64,000 nt of DNA, taken from positions 9,854 to 73,853 of IMG/VR virus record IMGVR_UViG_3300033183_000058; one strand, written 5' to 3'. The translations under genes and the position numbers were made by a program. How positions within the stretch are numbered: the first letter of the stretch is position 1; every line of letters begins with the position of its first letter. The notes beneath the pieces are model-generated. The model had not been told where the DNA came from. It made no database searches and was given only the letters and a program-made list of their open reading frames with translations. This document shows positions 27,651-38,222 of the stretch, piece by piece. Source of the DNA: a virus.

Positions 27651-30314
27651 TTAACCTGCATCATCATCTGGTGCTGAAATTAATATTGATGGTATATAGT
27701 TTACTTCTCTGACGTTAGTTGATACAACAGGACCATTATCCAGTGTTGACCCTTCTGTTTCCTCAACGTCAGGATATTGTTTTAAAATTCCTTGTATATC
27801 TTGTGTAAACACACCTTTTGAAAATTGATTATTGACCTGTGTTACTTGATATATCAAACCTTTATATACTTGCCCAGAGCCTGTGGTTGTATTTTCTATT
27901 TCATTTTGATCTTTAAGTTCGATTGGTCTTAGATCTGCCATGCCAGTTGTTTCGTCATAGTCTTCCATAGTGTTGTAATCAACTTCAATTAAACACTCTC
28001 CTGAATCATAATCAACTGATCCGTCGGGCAAATAACCAGGATTGTTGTCTTGAACACCTAGGCTTCTCCAGAATATATCTCCCTGCTGTATATAATCAGG
28101 ATCACCTAAGATTTTCATGTTTAATAATGCGTAATCTGTTGGTGAATATAACACCGACGCCGCACGAGCCGCTGGGTCTGCAGACAAGTCACTGCCTTGT
28201 ATCACTGTTTGATCTGGTGGTCCAGGGTTTGTTGTTTCTCCTATTGTCGAAACATCTGCTTTATTTTGTGCAATCAACGGACTCGATGACACATAATACA
28301 GTGCGTTGAAGTCAACTTCGTAATTTAATATTTCTGTATTTTCTCCAGTAAACCAATATTTGTATCTTTTTTGGCAACCATTGAATTTTCTTCTAGGAAA
28401 TGCAGGTGATTTAACATCACTGACTGCACTTGGAGTTACTTGATATATTATTTTATAAGCATAATCCTTGCGAATTTCGTCCCAACCCAATACTCGAACG
28501 CTGGAAGTTATTCTATACCACTGTAATAAATTATTACTTGATTTATTTTTTACGTCTCTGGTATTAGGATCTATATATTTTTTCTGCTGTGCTGTAATCC
28601 ATTCGCTGGCTCTGATACATTGATCTAATATATGTTGTATTTGACTACCTGCGTTAATTGAAAAATTAAGTATATTTTTCTGCACTGTGTTACTTGATGT
28701 AGATATCAATGCTGGATTAACGTTGGCCATGGCCGTTCTTTCTTTTTTAGTTGTGCCTGGTGCTTTTACTTTTTGCTTACCAATACCACCTCTGAATTTA
28801 ACTTCAAATTCAGGTGCAATACCAATAACGCCTTTTGCTTCTAGTTCTTTATAGTGTCTATTCAGTGATTCAAGCATGCCAGTTGACAATAATCTAGTAT
28901 CATTGCCATCCACTTCTTGACTTAGTTGACCATTAAATAAATTCTCAAGTGTCTGTCCTTTAATCTCAACTTGATATTTTGCTGTTGAGTTTTTCTGACC
29001 CATAGCCTGCAAGTGATTAATTGGCACTGCTGAACACATGTATTCTACTGCGCCTGTTGCGGCTCTTGTAGTAATATTAGTAAATTGAAATGGAATATAT
29101 TTTTCTGTTAATGGTCTACTAGCAGTGACATTGACTGTGCCATCTGCACCTGTTCCGCCACCTGTTTCAACATCAGATGCTGTAGCTGATTGTCCTTCTT
29201 CGCCGTAGAATCTTATGACCATGAGATAATGCTGTTTAATCCAATCTTTAGCACCTAGTCGTGCCTCAGGGTTTTCATTAGCTATTAAATCTTCACTGGC
29301 ATTTTTTAATCTATTTAAAAATGTAAAACCATATGGTTCTGTAATTTTAAAGTTTAACTGTGTTACGTTAGTAGCACCTCTGACCTGTTGTGGCATTAGT
29401 GTCTGTATTTCTAAATCGTCAATGAAATAGTCTAGGTCAAAAAATCTATTTCTAAATGCTCCGCCTGCAGTATACGGATCGCCTACAAATCCTCCTGGTA
29501 ATCCTCCGCTGGCTAATATAGCATTAAATCCTTCAACACTTTTAACTGCCTGTGCATCTGCATCATTGGCATTTGCTTCTTCATCATAACCCATCATTTT
29601 GTTATATTGATCAGGTGTTATCATGTATATGGTTATGTTATATGTTGATGTGCCAAATTTTGATAAAACATTACTGCTAGGATTAATTTCTTTATCATAA
29701 CCTACAGCAACACGAATATTGTTTTGTCCACTCTGTGTAGTTGGATTAGTAGGTGCCTGTAGTCCGGTGTCTTCGCTGACAGCATTAGTTGTTTGATCAT
29801 TAAAATCTGCAAGACCTCTAGTAGTAGTTTCATCAGCATTTGAATTAGTTTCGATAGCATTTGCACCTTGGTCTGACTCTAGTTCTGGGTTTTGAACTGT
29901 GGCATCTTCTGTTCTGTTTAATCCGTCGTCACCTGCTATCTGCGCCGCAGAATTAGTAGCATCCTCAGGCAGAGGTTCACGTGTGCCTGCATCTGCTATA
30001 GCTTGTTGTAACTCTGTTAATGCGTCAGCAGTAGTATTTCTAGACACAGCAAGATCTGTTACTGCTTCTGCTACTCTATTACTCCATTCAGGATCACTGC
30101 GTCCTTCTAATACATTTGGTGTTTCTCTGGCTGTATTGATATTTCTAATTAGATCACTGGCTCTTTCTACTAGATCGTTTGCCGTGTTAACAGCAAAATC
30201 AGAATTAATTGTAGCCAGATACGAATTAATGTCAGCAACAACTGCGTCAGCCTGAGCACCTAAGGCATCACGTTGAAGTTCAATCTGTTTGACATCAGCT
30301 TCTCTTAATGCCAT
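27651..30314 (-). CDS. Baseplate hub protein (gp27-like)
   Basis: Position between gp53-like and gp5-like genes; KITEPYG; MKILGDP; YQVTQVNNQFSKGVFTQ C-terminus. Confidence 0.65.
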   Translation of the reverse strand: MALREADVKQIELQRDALGAQADAVVADINSYLATINSDFAVNTANDLVERASDLIRNINTARETPNVLEGRSDPEWSNRVAEAVTDLAVSRNTTADALTELQQAIADAGTREPLPEDATNSAAQIAGDDGLNRTEDATVQNPELESDQGANAIETNSNADETTTRGLADFNDQTTNAVSEDTGLQAPTNPTTQSGQNNIRVAVGYDKEINPSSNVLSKFGTSTYNITIYMITPDQYNKMMGYDEEANANDADAQAVKSVEGFNAILASGGLPGGFVGDPYTAGGAFRNRFFDLDYFIDDLEIQTLMPQQVRGATNVTQLNFKITEPYGFTFLNRLKNASEDLIANENPEARLGAKDWIKQHYLMVIRFYGEEGQSATASDVETGGGTGADGTVNVTASRPLTEKYIPFQFTNITTRAATGAVEYMCSAVPINHLQAMGQKNSTAKYQVEIKGQTLENLFNGQLSQEVDGNDTRLLSTGMLESLNRHYKELEAKGVIGIAPEFEVKFRGGIGKQKVKAPGTTKKERTAMANVNPALISTSSNTVQKNILNFSINAGSQIQHILDQCIRASEWITAQQKKYIDPNTRDVKNKSSNNLLQWYRITSSVRVLGWDEIRKDYAYKIIYQVTPSAVSDVKSPAFPRRKFNGCQKRYKYWFTGENTEILNYEVDFNALYYVSSSPLIAQNKADVSTIGETTNPGPPDQTVIQGSDLSADPAARAASVLYSPTDYALLNMKILGDPDYIQQGDIFWRSLGVQDNNPGYLPDGSVDYDSGECLIEVDYNTMEDYDETTGMADLRPIELKDQNEIENTTTGSGQVYKGLIYQVTQVNNQFSKGVFTQDIQGILKQYPDVEETEGSTLDNGPVVSTNVREVNYIPSILISAPDDDAG

Positions 30315-30315
30315 A

Positions 30316-30615
30316 TTAGAAACCTAGTGCTTTTTTAAGTGTTGAAATTTTAGGCAAGTAGATAGTTGTTCCTACTTTAAAATCATATATAGGATCTACC
30401 AATGAGTTTGGGTTACGCTGAGCAAATACCCACCATAAATCAGAATCATCATACAAATCTTGTGCTAATAGATCAGGACGATGTTGATAGGTCTGTGTTA
30501 TTGTATATTGTTGATCATCACTATACTTTGGTATTTTACGATTCTGCATAACACCTAGATAACCATCTTGTGTTCTTGTGGTGTAGTATGGTGACTTTGA
30601 TGAATATTTTGCCAT
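30316..30615 (-). CDS. gp53: Baseplate wedge gp53-like / LysM-like protein
   Basis: RPDLLAQDLYDDSDLWWVFAQRN...GTTIYLP. Confidence 0.8.
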   Translation of the reverse strand: MAKYSSKSPYYTTRTQDGYLGVMQNRKIPKYSDDQQYTITQTYQHRPDLLAQDLYDDSDLWWVFAQRNPNSLVDPIYDFKVGTTIYLPKISTLKKALGF

Positions 30616-31424
30616 TACCAGAAACCTCTCTTAAGACCTGACCCACTGGCATAATCTTTGAGACTGAACTCTTGACTCTGTCTCTTACGTGACACAATAG
30701 GATGCAGTGTTAACATAAATTCTATTTTAGTTGGAACGTAACTTGATGTTCTACTAGATAAATCACCTGTGCCAGATCCATAATATTTGTTTTCAGCACC
30801 TTTGCTTATGCCTTGTGTGAATAATTCAAATAGTCTTGTTAATGGTGATCTATATCCATTTCTTGCTGTTCTTTGTTCGGATAAATCAACACCAGAATCT
30901 GCATTTGATGTTCTTACATAGTCAACGTCCGGTGGTAACACATAGTTAAATTGCTGTATTACACAAGGCTGATTATTAAATTGATCATCACCAAAACCTT
31001 CTAAGAACACCAACGGTGGTGGATTGCCACGTTCTGCTGTGTCCTGACCATAAAACATTTTAGTTGCTGAACGGAAGAAGTGCGTTGTGGCCAACAAATA
31101 GTCTGCTTCTTTAGTTGACTGTGCTGTAAATGTTCCAGTAATTTGTATATCGGATATTTGACTTGATTGATAAAAATACTGTTTATAGTTTGAATGTGTT
31201 GGAGTAGTTTCACTATAATTTGCTTGATAGTTAACCATGACCTGTGGTGTGTATGGAAATATAACACCATCAGTTCCTCTGAGAGGTGACAATATGCCCG
31301 GTGTGTCTGATTTATACAACACATTTGATCCAGGTGCAAGACGCATTCTAAATCGCCAATCTCTAGCATCTGTTTCTACTGTAGACTGAGCGGTTACGTC
31401 ATTTGGGTTAGTAATGTCTGCCAT
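30615..31424 (-). CDS. Tail tube initiator/baseplate tube cap (gp48/gp54-like)
   Basis: VIFPYTP, GNPPPL..L.GFG, PCVIQQFNY, VPTKIEF.LTL; first gene of the baseplate operon. Confidence 0.65.
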   Translation of the reverse strand: MADITNPNDVTAQSTVETDARDWRFRMRLAPGSNVLYKSDTPGILSPLRGTDGVIFPYTPQVMVNYQANYSETTPTHSNYKQYFYQSSQISDIQITGTFTAQSTKEADYLLATTHFFRSATKMFYGQDTAERGNPPPLVFLEGFGDDQFNNQPCVIQQFNYVLPPDVDYVRTSNADSGVDLSEQRTARNGYRSPLTRLFELFTQGISKGAENKYYGSGTGDLSSRTSSYVPTKIEFMLTLHPIVSRKRQSQEFSLKDYASGSGLKRGFW

Positions 31425-31494
31425 TTATTTTCTCCGTTTCTACTATTTATTAATATCATTATAACCCATTATAATTGTCGCTTACCAAAAAAGG

Positions 31495-31522
31495 TTGACA
31501 GGGGTCTAATCGGCTGTATAAT
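31495..31522 (+). promoter_or_regulatory. Sigma70-type promoter for the gp55-gp47-gp46 operon
   Basis: TTGACA (31495-31500), 16-nt spacer, TATAAT (31517-31522); A-tract upstream. Confidence 0.8.
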
Positions 31523-31550
31523 TAATAGTATTGTTAACGGAGAAACTAAC

Positions 31551-32468
31551 GTGTCAGAAGATAAAGTAATTACCAGAACCGGACGTAGAGTAAACTATCT
31601 CAACAACAGAGATATCCTTAAAGAAATACACAAGTCAAAAAAGACCTACTGTAGTTACACTAATATTGAAACTGATTCAGACTTTGATATTATTGTTCCT
31701 GATATTAAAAAAATTAATAAAACTAGAATCAAAGAAGCACGTCAGTTAAAGATCACTAAGTGGAAAAAAGAAACAGGCGAAGAATTAAATCCTAAAGATA
31801 TAGCAGATACTGATCTAGTATTTCGTGTTATGACCTGGGACCATATTCCTCTAGTGCCTAAAAAGCCTACTAAAGCACAGTTAAAGAAACGTGCTAAGAT
31901 TGAGGAAATGTTTGATGACATTGAAGAAGCCAGAGAACAAGAAGATTACGGCATTGATGATCATATTCATGCCAAAGTAAACTTTCCTCCGTTTCAACAC
32001 TACAAAGTTGATGAAGATGGCGTCCCATATAAGGTAGGACAAAGCCATTGGCGAGGTGATTTTGAAACAGGTAAGTTCTCAAAAGATCACGGACAAATGA
32101 CTAACAAACTAGCTCATATGTTTATCAAATTGTGTGAGCGTTATGCTACTAGATCAAACTGGCGTGGTTATACCTATAACGAAGAAATGCGTGGACAGGC
32201 GCTACTTCAACTATCACAAATTGGTCTACAGTTTGATGAGTCAAAATCGGACAATCCATTTGCTTATTACACTGCGGCCATTACTAATTCATTTACTCGT
32301 GTGCTTAATATTGAAAAGAAAAACCAAAGCATCAGAGACGATATCTTAGAAATGAACGGATTGAATCCAAGTTGGACTAGACAAAACGCCGATGTTGATG
32401 CTAAACTAGAAGATAAGTTTTACGAAAAGCAACGAGAAAAACAAAAAGAGAAACAAAAATCAAAGTAA
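31551..32468 (+). CDS. gp55: Late-transcription sigma factor gp55-like
   Basis: NYLNNRDILKEI; NWRGYTYNEEM; FDESKSDNPFAYYT; adjacent to gp47/gp46 as in T4-like phages. Confidence 0.85.
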   Translation: MSEDKVITRTGRRVNYLNNRDILKEIHKSKKTYCSYTNIETDSDFDIIVPDIKKINKTRIKEARQLKITKWKKETGEELNPKDIADTDLVFRVMTWDHIPLVPKKPTKAQLKKRAKIEEMFDDIEEAREQEDYGIDDHIHAKVNFPPFQHYKVDEDGVPYKVGQSHWRGDFETGKFSKDHGQMTNKLAHMFIKLCERYATRSNWRGYTYNEEMRGQALLQLSQIGLQFDESKSDNPFAYYTAAITNSFTRVLNIEKKNQSIRDDILEMNGLNPSWTRQNADVDAKLEDKFYEKQREKQKEKQKSK

Positions 32469-32493
32469 AACCCTGTAACTACTAAGGAAGGTT

Positions 32494-33510
32494 ATGGCAA
32501 ATTTATTTAAGAAGGCGGCTGTCCTTACTGACATTCACTTTGGACTAAAGTCAAACTCAACTACACACAACGAAGACTGTTTAAATTTCGTAAAATGGTT
32601 TATTGAAAAAGCCAAAGCGGAAGGTTGTGAAACCTGTATTATGATGGGCGACTGGCACAACAACCGTGCCGCAATCAATATCGTCACACTCAACTATAGT
32701 TTAACAGCACTAGAACTACTAGGCGATGCTTTTGATCGTGTGTTCTTTATTCCAGGTAATCACGACTTATACTACAGAGACAGGCGTGACATACAGTCAG
32801 CAAGTTGGGCTAAACATATCAAAAACGTTCACATCATGAACGACTTCTACTCAGAGGGCGATGTTCAATTCATACCTTGGCTGGTTGGTGACGAAGCAAA
32901 GAAAGTTAAAAAGATGGAAGGCAAGTATGCTTTTGGACATCTAGAGTTACCTCACTTCTTTATGAATGCTATGGTGCAGATGCCAGACACAGGTGAGATA
33001 CAGCGTGAAGACTTCCGTGGATTAGAATCTGTTTATACAGGACATTTCCATAAACGTCAAAGCCATAATAACATTATCTATACTGGTAACTGCTTTCCTC
33101 ACAACTACGCAGACGCAGGCGATGATGACAGAGGTATGACCATTATTGAATGGGGTAAAGATCCAGAATATCATTCATGGCCACAACAACCTAGATATCG
33201 TGTCTATAACTTAGATGAGATGCTGAACAATCCAGAAGAACTCTGTAAGGAAAAGATGCACATCCGTGTGAACTTGAATATTGATATTAGTTATGAAGAA
33301 GCAAGTTTCATCCGTGAGGAGTTTGTAGGCAAATACAACCTACGTGAACTTACACTGATACCTGTTAAGAAAGATGTAGAGTTTGCAGATGTTCAACCAG
33401 GAGAGTTGAAGTTCGAATCGGTTGACACCATAGTAACAAATCAGTTAACATCAATAGAAAGCGATCATTACGATCCTAAACTACTATTAGAAATTTACAG
33501 AGATCTATAA
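32494..33510 (+). CDS. gp47: Recombination endonuclease subunit (Mre11/SbcD-like)
   Basis: Metallophosphoesterase motifs TDIHFG, GDWH, PGNHD, GHFH. Confidence 0.95.
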   Translation: MANLFKKAAVLTDIHFGLKSNSTTHNEDCLNFVKWFIEKAKAEGCETCIMMGDWHNNRAAINIVTLNYSLTALELLGDAFDRVFFIPGNHDLYYRDRRDIQSASWAKHIKNVHIMNDFYSEGDVQFIPWLVGDEAKKVKKMEGKYAFGHLELPHFFMNAMVQMPDTGEIQREDFRGLESVYTGHFHKRQSHNNIIYTGNCFPHNYADAGDDDRGMTIIEWGKDPEYHSWPQQPRYRVYNLDEMLNNPEELCKEKMHIRVNLNIDISYEEASFIREEFVGKYNLRELTLIPVKKDVEFADVQPGELKFESVDTIVTNQLTSIESDHYDPKLLLEIYRDL

Positions 33511-35280
33511 TTGTTTAAACTAAAAACACTAACAGTTAAAAACTTTATGAGTGTGGGTAATGCCACGCAGGCAGTTAACTTTGATCGTAGAGACCTAACA
33601 CTAGTATTAGGTGTTAATATCGATCTCGGAGGCGATGATAGTGGCGCAAGGAATGGAACAGGTAAGACCACTATCATTAACGCCCTTTCATATGCACTGT
33701 TTGGACAAGCATTGACCAACATCAAACGTGATAACTTGATTAACAAAACAAACTCAAAAGGTATGTTGGTTTCATTAGACTTTGAACATAATGGACAGCA
33801 GTATAAAATAGAACGTGGACGTAAGAAAAATGTCATGCGTTTTTATGTAGGTGATGAGGAACAAGAAATCACAGACATGGCACAGGGCGATAGTCGAGAA
33901 ACACAAAAATATATTGAATCAATGTTGGGCATGAGTCATGAGATGTTCAAACATTTGGTTGCACTAAACACCTACACTGATCCTTTTTTAAATCTACGTG
34001 CTAACGATCAAAAAGATATCATTGAACAGTTGCTTGGTATTACCATGCTTTCAGAAAAAGCAGATGCTCTTAAAGAAAAACTTAAAGAAACTAGAGATGC
34101 AATCAAAGAAGAAGAATATCGCATCAAAGCACAGCAGGAAGCCAACGCTAAGATCAAAGATCAAATTGAAGGTCTCAAACGTAGACAAACATTATGGATT
34201 CAGAAAAAAGAAGATGATATCGATTATCTAAATGCAGGACTAGCAAAACTAGAAGAGATTGATATTGAAAAAGAGTTAGAGCTACACAAAGAACTTAAGA
34301 CGTGGAAGGAACAATCTACACAGATAGAACAAGTTCAAACAGCAATCAAACAAGCAGAGCGTGACTACAAGCGTGAAGAAGATGCTATCGGTAAACTAAA
34401 AGCAGACTTAGAGTTAGTTAGAGAACATAAGTGTCATGCCTGTGGACAAGAGGTGCATGATGAGAAACATGGTGAGATTCTAGCACAAAAAGAAGCAAGT
34501 CTTAAGGATGCTGAACAAGAACACGAGCGTCACTACACAACCTATCAAGAACTAGTTAAAGCAGAACAAGAATTGGGTGCTTTAGGTATTAGACCAGAAA
34601 CATTCTACTCAGATGAAAAAGATGCTTATGAACACAAAAGTTCTATGGCTAACTTAGAATCACAGATTAAACAACGTGAAGCAGAAGAAGACCCATATGA
34701 TGAACAGATCAAAGAGATGGAAGAAAGTGCAGAGTCTGAGATAGATTATTCCACAACGAATGATCTAGAAAAACTGCGTGAGCATCAAGAGTTCTTACAA
34801 AAATTGTTAACAAACAAAGATAGTTTTATTAGAAAACGTATCATCGATCAAAACTTGAGTTATCTTAATTCACGGTTAAGTTATTATCTTGACAAGATTG
34901 GACTGCCACACACAGTCACCTTCCTTAGCGATCTGTCAGTAGAGATACAGGAACTTGGCCGTGAGTTAGATTTTGATAACTTGTCTAGAGGTGAACGTAA
35001 TAGACTGATACTTTCACTGTCGTGGTCATTCCGTGATGTCTATGAAAGCCTCTACGACCCTATTAACTTACTATTCATTGATGAATTGATTGATAGTGGT
35101 ATGGATTCTAGTGGTGTTGAATCAGCACTGGCAATCCTTAAGAAGATGTCAAGAGAGCATAACAAGTCAATATGGCTAGTGTCACACAAAGATGAACTAG
35201 CAGGTCGTGTTAATAATATTATGACTGTGACTAAAGAGAATGGTTTTACTACATACGGTAACGACGTTGAAACAGTTTAG
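33511..35280 (+). CDS. gp46: Recombination ATPase subunit (Rad50/SbcC-like)
   Basis: Walker A RNGTGKTT; coiled coil with CHAC zinc hook; signature LSRGE; Walker B LLFIDE. Confidence 0.95.
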   Translation: MFKLKTLTVKNFMSVGNATQAVNFDRRDLTLVLGVNIDLGGDDSGARNGTGKTTIINALSYALFGQALTNIKRDNLINKTNSKGMLVSLDFEHNGQQYKIERGRKKNVMRFYVGDEEQEITDMAQGDSRETQKYIESMLGMSHEMFKHLVALNTYTDPFLNLRANDQKDIIEQLLGITMLSEKADALKEKLKETRDAIKEEEYRIKAQQEANAKIKDQIEGLKRRQTLWIQKKEDDIDYLNAGLAKLEEIDIEKELELHKELKTWKEQSTQIEQVQTAIKQAERDYKREEDAIGKLKADLELVREHKCHACGQEVHDEKHGEILAQKEASLKDAEQEHERHYTTYQELVKAEQELGALGIRPETFYSDEKDAYEHKSSMANLESQIKQREAEEDPYDEQIKEMEESAESEIDYSTTNDLEKLREHQEFLQKLLTNKDSFIRKRIIDQNLSYLNSRLSYYLDKIGLPHTVTFLSDLSVEIQELGRELDFDNLSRGERNRLILSLSWSFRDVYESLYDPINLLFIDELIDSGMDSSGVESALAILKKMSREHNKSIWLVSHKDELAGRVNNIMTVTKENGFTTYGNDVETV

Positions 35281-36181
35281 TAATACACCAATAAAGTTGT
35301 TACATCTAGAACCTACAACAGACTGTAACGTTGCTTGTCCTCAGTGCAATAGAACTATCGGACTTCCTTACTACAATGATAAAAAAGATAGATCTGAACT
35401 TTCGTTAGACGATATTAAAAAATTATTTACTGTAGAATTTATAAAAAACCTTGACAAAATGTTTATGTGTGGAAACTTTGGCGAGCCTGCGGCCGCTAAG
35501 GATTGCCTGGATATATTTCGTTACTTTAAGGAAGTTAACCCTAACATAACACTGGGCATGAATACCAATGGTAGTCTACGAACCAAAGGCTGGTGGAAGG
35601 AACTTGCTGAAATCTTTTCAGGTCCATTGGATTATGTTGTTTGGTCAATTGACGGATTAGAAGATACCAATCATATCTATCGTGTTAACGCAGTATGGGA
35701 TAAGATTATTGAAAATAGTCAAGCATTTATATCAGCAGGCGGCTCAGCACATTGGGATATGCTGATATTTGACTATAATGAACATCAAGTTGATCAAGCA
35801 GAAAGTCTAGCACGTGAACTAGGATTTAGTTGGTTCAGGGCAAAAGTAAGTAAACGTTTTGACTATGCTCCTGTTGGGTTTTTAGAACCACCTAAGAGTT
35901 GGAATAAACCCAATGTTGTTGAAGCAGATAAAATTGAATGTATAGCCCTTAGAGAGCAAAGTTTATATGTTGCCGCAAATGGTGAAATTTTACCTTGTTG
36001 CTGGTTTGGTGCAGAGGCATTCAGTTTAGATCAAAAAGCCAAAGAGCTAACAAAAGATTTAACTAAATTAGAACATAGTTGGACCAGCGACCCCCATAGG
36101 ATTTGCTTGACTACTTGTGGTGTAGATGAACAAGGAACAAGTTTTGATAAACAATGGCAAAGAGAAACACAACTTCGTTAG
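35240..36181 (+). CDS. Radical SAM protein with C-terminal twitch-like domain
   Basis: CNVACPQC; CGNFGEP; C-terminal C...LPCC...C..TC. The start may be the TTG at 35267. Confidence 0.88.
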   Translation: MVLLHTVTTLKQFSNTPIKLLHLEPTTDCNVACPQCNRTIGLPYYNDKKDRSELSLDDIKKLFTVEFIKNLDKMFMCGNFGEPAAAKDCLDIFRYFKEVNPNITLGMNTNGSLRTKGWWKELAEIFSGPLDYVVWSIDGLEDTNHIYRVNAVWDKIIENSQAFISAGGSAHWDMLIFDYNEHQVDQAESLARELGFSWFRAKVSKRFDYAPVGFLEPPKSWNKPNVVEADKIECIALREQSLYVAANGEILPCCWFGAEAFSLDQKAKELTKDLTKLEHSWTSDPHRICLTTCGVDEQGTSFDKQWQRETQLR

Positions 36182-37695
36182 ACATAGCACTATTAAGTGT
36201 TCCAAGAATTGCACCTGTGAGGCCACAGATGGCTCCTGCTGTCTTAAAGGGTATATGCAATAAACTTGATCTATCATCTAAAATATTAGATCTTAATCAA
36301 GACTTTTATCTAAAGTGGGGTAAACAAAACGAATCAGCAGTTCAGACTTTAGATGATTACTTTATTGAATTCTCTAAATCATTAGATTCTAATATTAAAG
36401 ACATTTACTACCAATGGATAGACTCTTGGGTTGAGCAAATTAACAAACTCAATCCTAAGCATATAGGTATCAGTGTGTTCAGTTGGCAAAGCCAAAGATT
36501 TACTAGAGATCTATTAACACGCCTCAGACCTAAAACCCAGGCAATAATACACATTGGCGGTCAAGGTCTAACACATAATCAAAATTTAAGTGCTCACTGG
36601 TCAAGCCGAGTAACATTTGGATGGGAGATGTTAGATTCTAATCTCATCGATTACTTTATGAAAGGCGAAAGCGAAGAAACATTTGAACGTTTCTTACAGG
36701 GAGAAAGAGATTTACCTGGACTCAACAATGATTCTGTTGTTAAGTTTTCAGCATTAGACAATGTGCCTTTGCCTGACTATGATGATTTAGACATACAAGG
36801 ATACCAAAATGGTTATAGTGCCGGTGTGTTGCCTATAGAAAGCAGTCGCGGTTGTGTGCGTAGTTGTAGTTTTTGCGAAATGAGTTCAATGCACGGTAAC
36901 TTCAGACGTAAGTCAGGACACAGTGTAGCACGTGAAATGATTGAATATTATAAAAAATATGGAGTTAGAGATTTCTATTTCCATGACGATCTAATGAACG
37001 GTAATCTAGATGATTTTAGAGACACCCTTAATGATCTAATAGAATTTTATGAACAAGAAAATTTAGGAGATGCTTACTTTAGTTTAAGTGGGTATTGGAT
37101 CATACGTAGCCAGCGACAGTTTGGAGTCAAAGATTGGCAGACACTAAAACGTGCAGGTGGTAACTTGTTTGTAGTTGGTATCGAAACAGGATCAGATAGA
37201 TTAAGAAAAATAGTTCGTAAAGGATTTACCAACAAAGATCTAGAGTTCAGTGTTAAACAAATGAGTAACAATGGTCTTAAGTTTTACTTTATGTTAATAT
37301 CAGGCATACCTGGAGAAACCAAACAAGACTTTCAAGATACATTAGATATGCTGACTAATTGGCAACGTTATGTTGCAGACGGAACTATTATTGGTATTAA
37401 TCTAGGAACAACAGCAACTATCGAAGAAGGCACAGACTTTTATAACAAGCCTGAGAAATACAATGTTGTTGGCTTCCAAGGTAAAAAGCCACAGGGCATC
37501 AACTGGATGAGTTTAGACACACCTGAATTAGATTATAAAGAACGTGTGCGTAGAAGAATTAAAATACAAGAACACGTTATGAGTTTAGGTTATCCATTAT
37601 GGAAAGGTGATGATCATCTTAAGATAATCAAAGATCAATATATCCTTAATAAGGATCAATGGGAACAGTATCGTTCAGGATTAATAATGCCGTGA
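36154..37695 (+). CDS. B12-binding-domain radical SAM protein (class B methyltransferase-like)
   Basis: N-terminal Rossmann-like region (IGISVFS, IHIGG, KGESE); SRGCVRSCSFC; GIETGS; GIPGET. Confidence 0.85.
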   Translation: MAKRNTTSLDIALLSVPRIAPVRPQMAPAVLKGICNKLDLSSKILDLNQDFYLKWGKQNESAVQTLDDYFIEFSKSLDSNIKDIYYQWIDSWVEQINKLNPKHIGISVFSWQSQRFTRDLLTRLRPKTQAIIHIGGQGLTHNQNLSAHWSSRVTFGWEMLDSNLIDYFMKGESEETFERFLQGERDLPGLNNDSVVKFSALDNVPLPDYDDLDIQGYQNGYSAGVLPIESSRGCVRSCSFCEMSSMHGNFRRKSGHSVAREMIEYYKKYGVRDFYFHDDLMNGNLDDFRDTLNDLIEFYEQENLGDAYFSLSGYWIIRSQRQFGVKDWQTLKRAGGNLFVVGIETGSDRLRKIVRKGFTNKDLEFSVKQMSNNGLKFYFMLISGIPGETKQDFQDTLDMLTNWQRYVADGTIIGINLGTTATIEEGTDFYNKPEKYNVVGFQGKKPQGINWMSLDTPELDYKERVRRRIKIQEHVMSLGYPLWKGDDHLKIIKDQYILNKDQWEQYRSGLIMP

Positions 37696-38222
37696 TATTA
37701 GAACTACACTTTGAATCAGACAATCATTTTGGACATCCAACACTAGAGATTGCTGTTGACGATCAACAGTTGTATCAGGGTGGGATTCGTAATCGATTCC
37801 AGTTTAATATAGAACTAAGCGATGGCCAACATCAACTTAAGATCACACACTATGGTAAAAATAAAAACGAAACCACAGTTACTAATGATAAACATTTTAA
37901 GTTAACAAAAGTATTAATGGACTCGGTTGATTTAGATCTTAAAGAACATTGTAGATTATCGCACCAAGGGATATTTAGACCTGACTATCATCCTGACTTT
38001 GTTAAAGATCAAACATTGTTGGGTGTAATACCTCCTGAGACCATACAGCCTAATCATTACTTTGGGCATAACGGAGTTTGGATATTAGATTTTAAAACTC
38101 CTGCACTGCTTTGGATTATCGAATCACAGAATCCATCAGGTATGCACTTAGAGGATACTATTTTTAAAAGTGGGCAAGACACTATTAATGATATAAAAGA
38201 ATTTTTTGGAATAGATGACTAA
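37659..38222 (+). CDS. Hypothetical protein (beta-rich)
   Basis: ORF coupled to both neighbours; likely GTG start at 37692 (GTGA overlap with the upstream stop). Confidence 0.7.
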   Translation: MGTVSFRINNAVILELHFESDNHFGHPTLEIAVDDQQLYQGGIRNRFQFNIELSDGQHQLKITHYGKNKNETTVTNDKHFKLTKVLMDSVDLDLKEHCRLSHQGIFRPDYHPDFVKDQTLLGVIPPETIQPNHYFGHNGVWILDFKTPALLWIIESQNPSGMHLEDTIFKSGQDTINDIKEFFGIDD

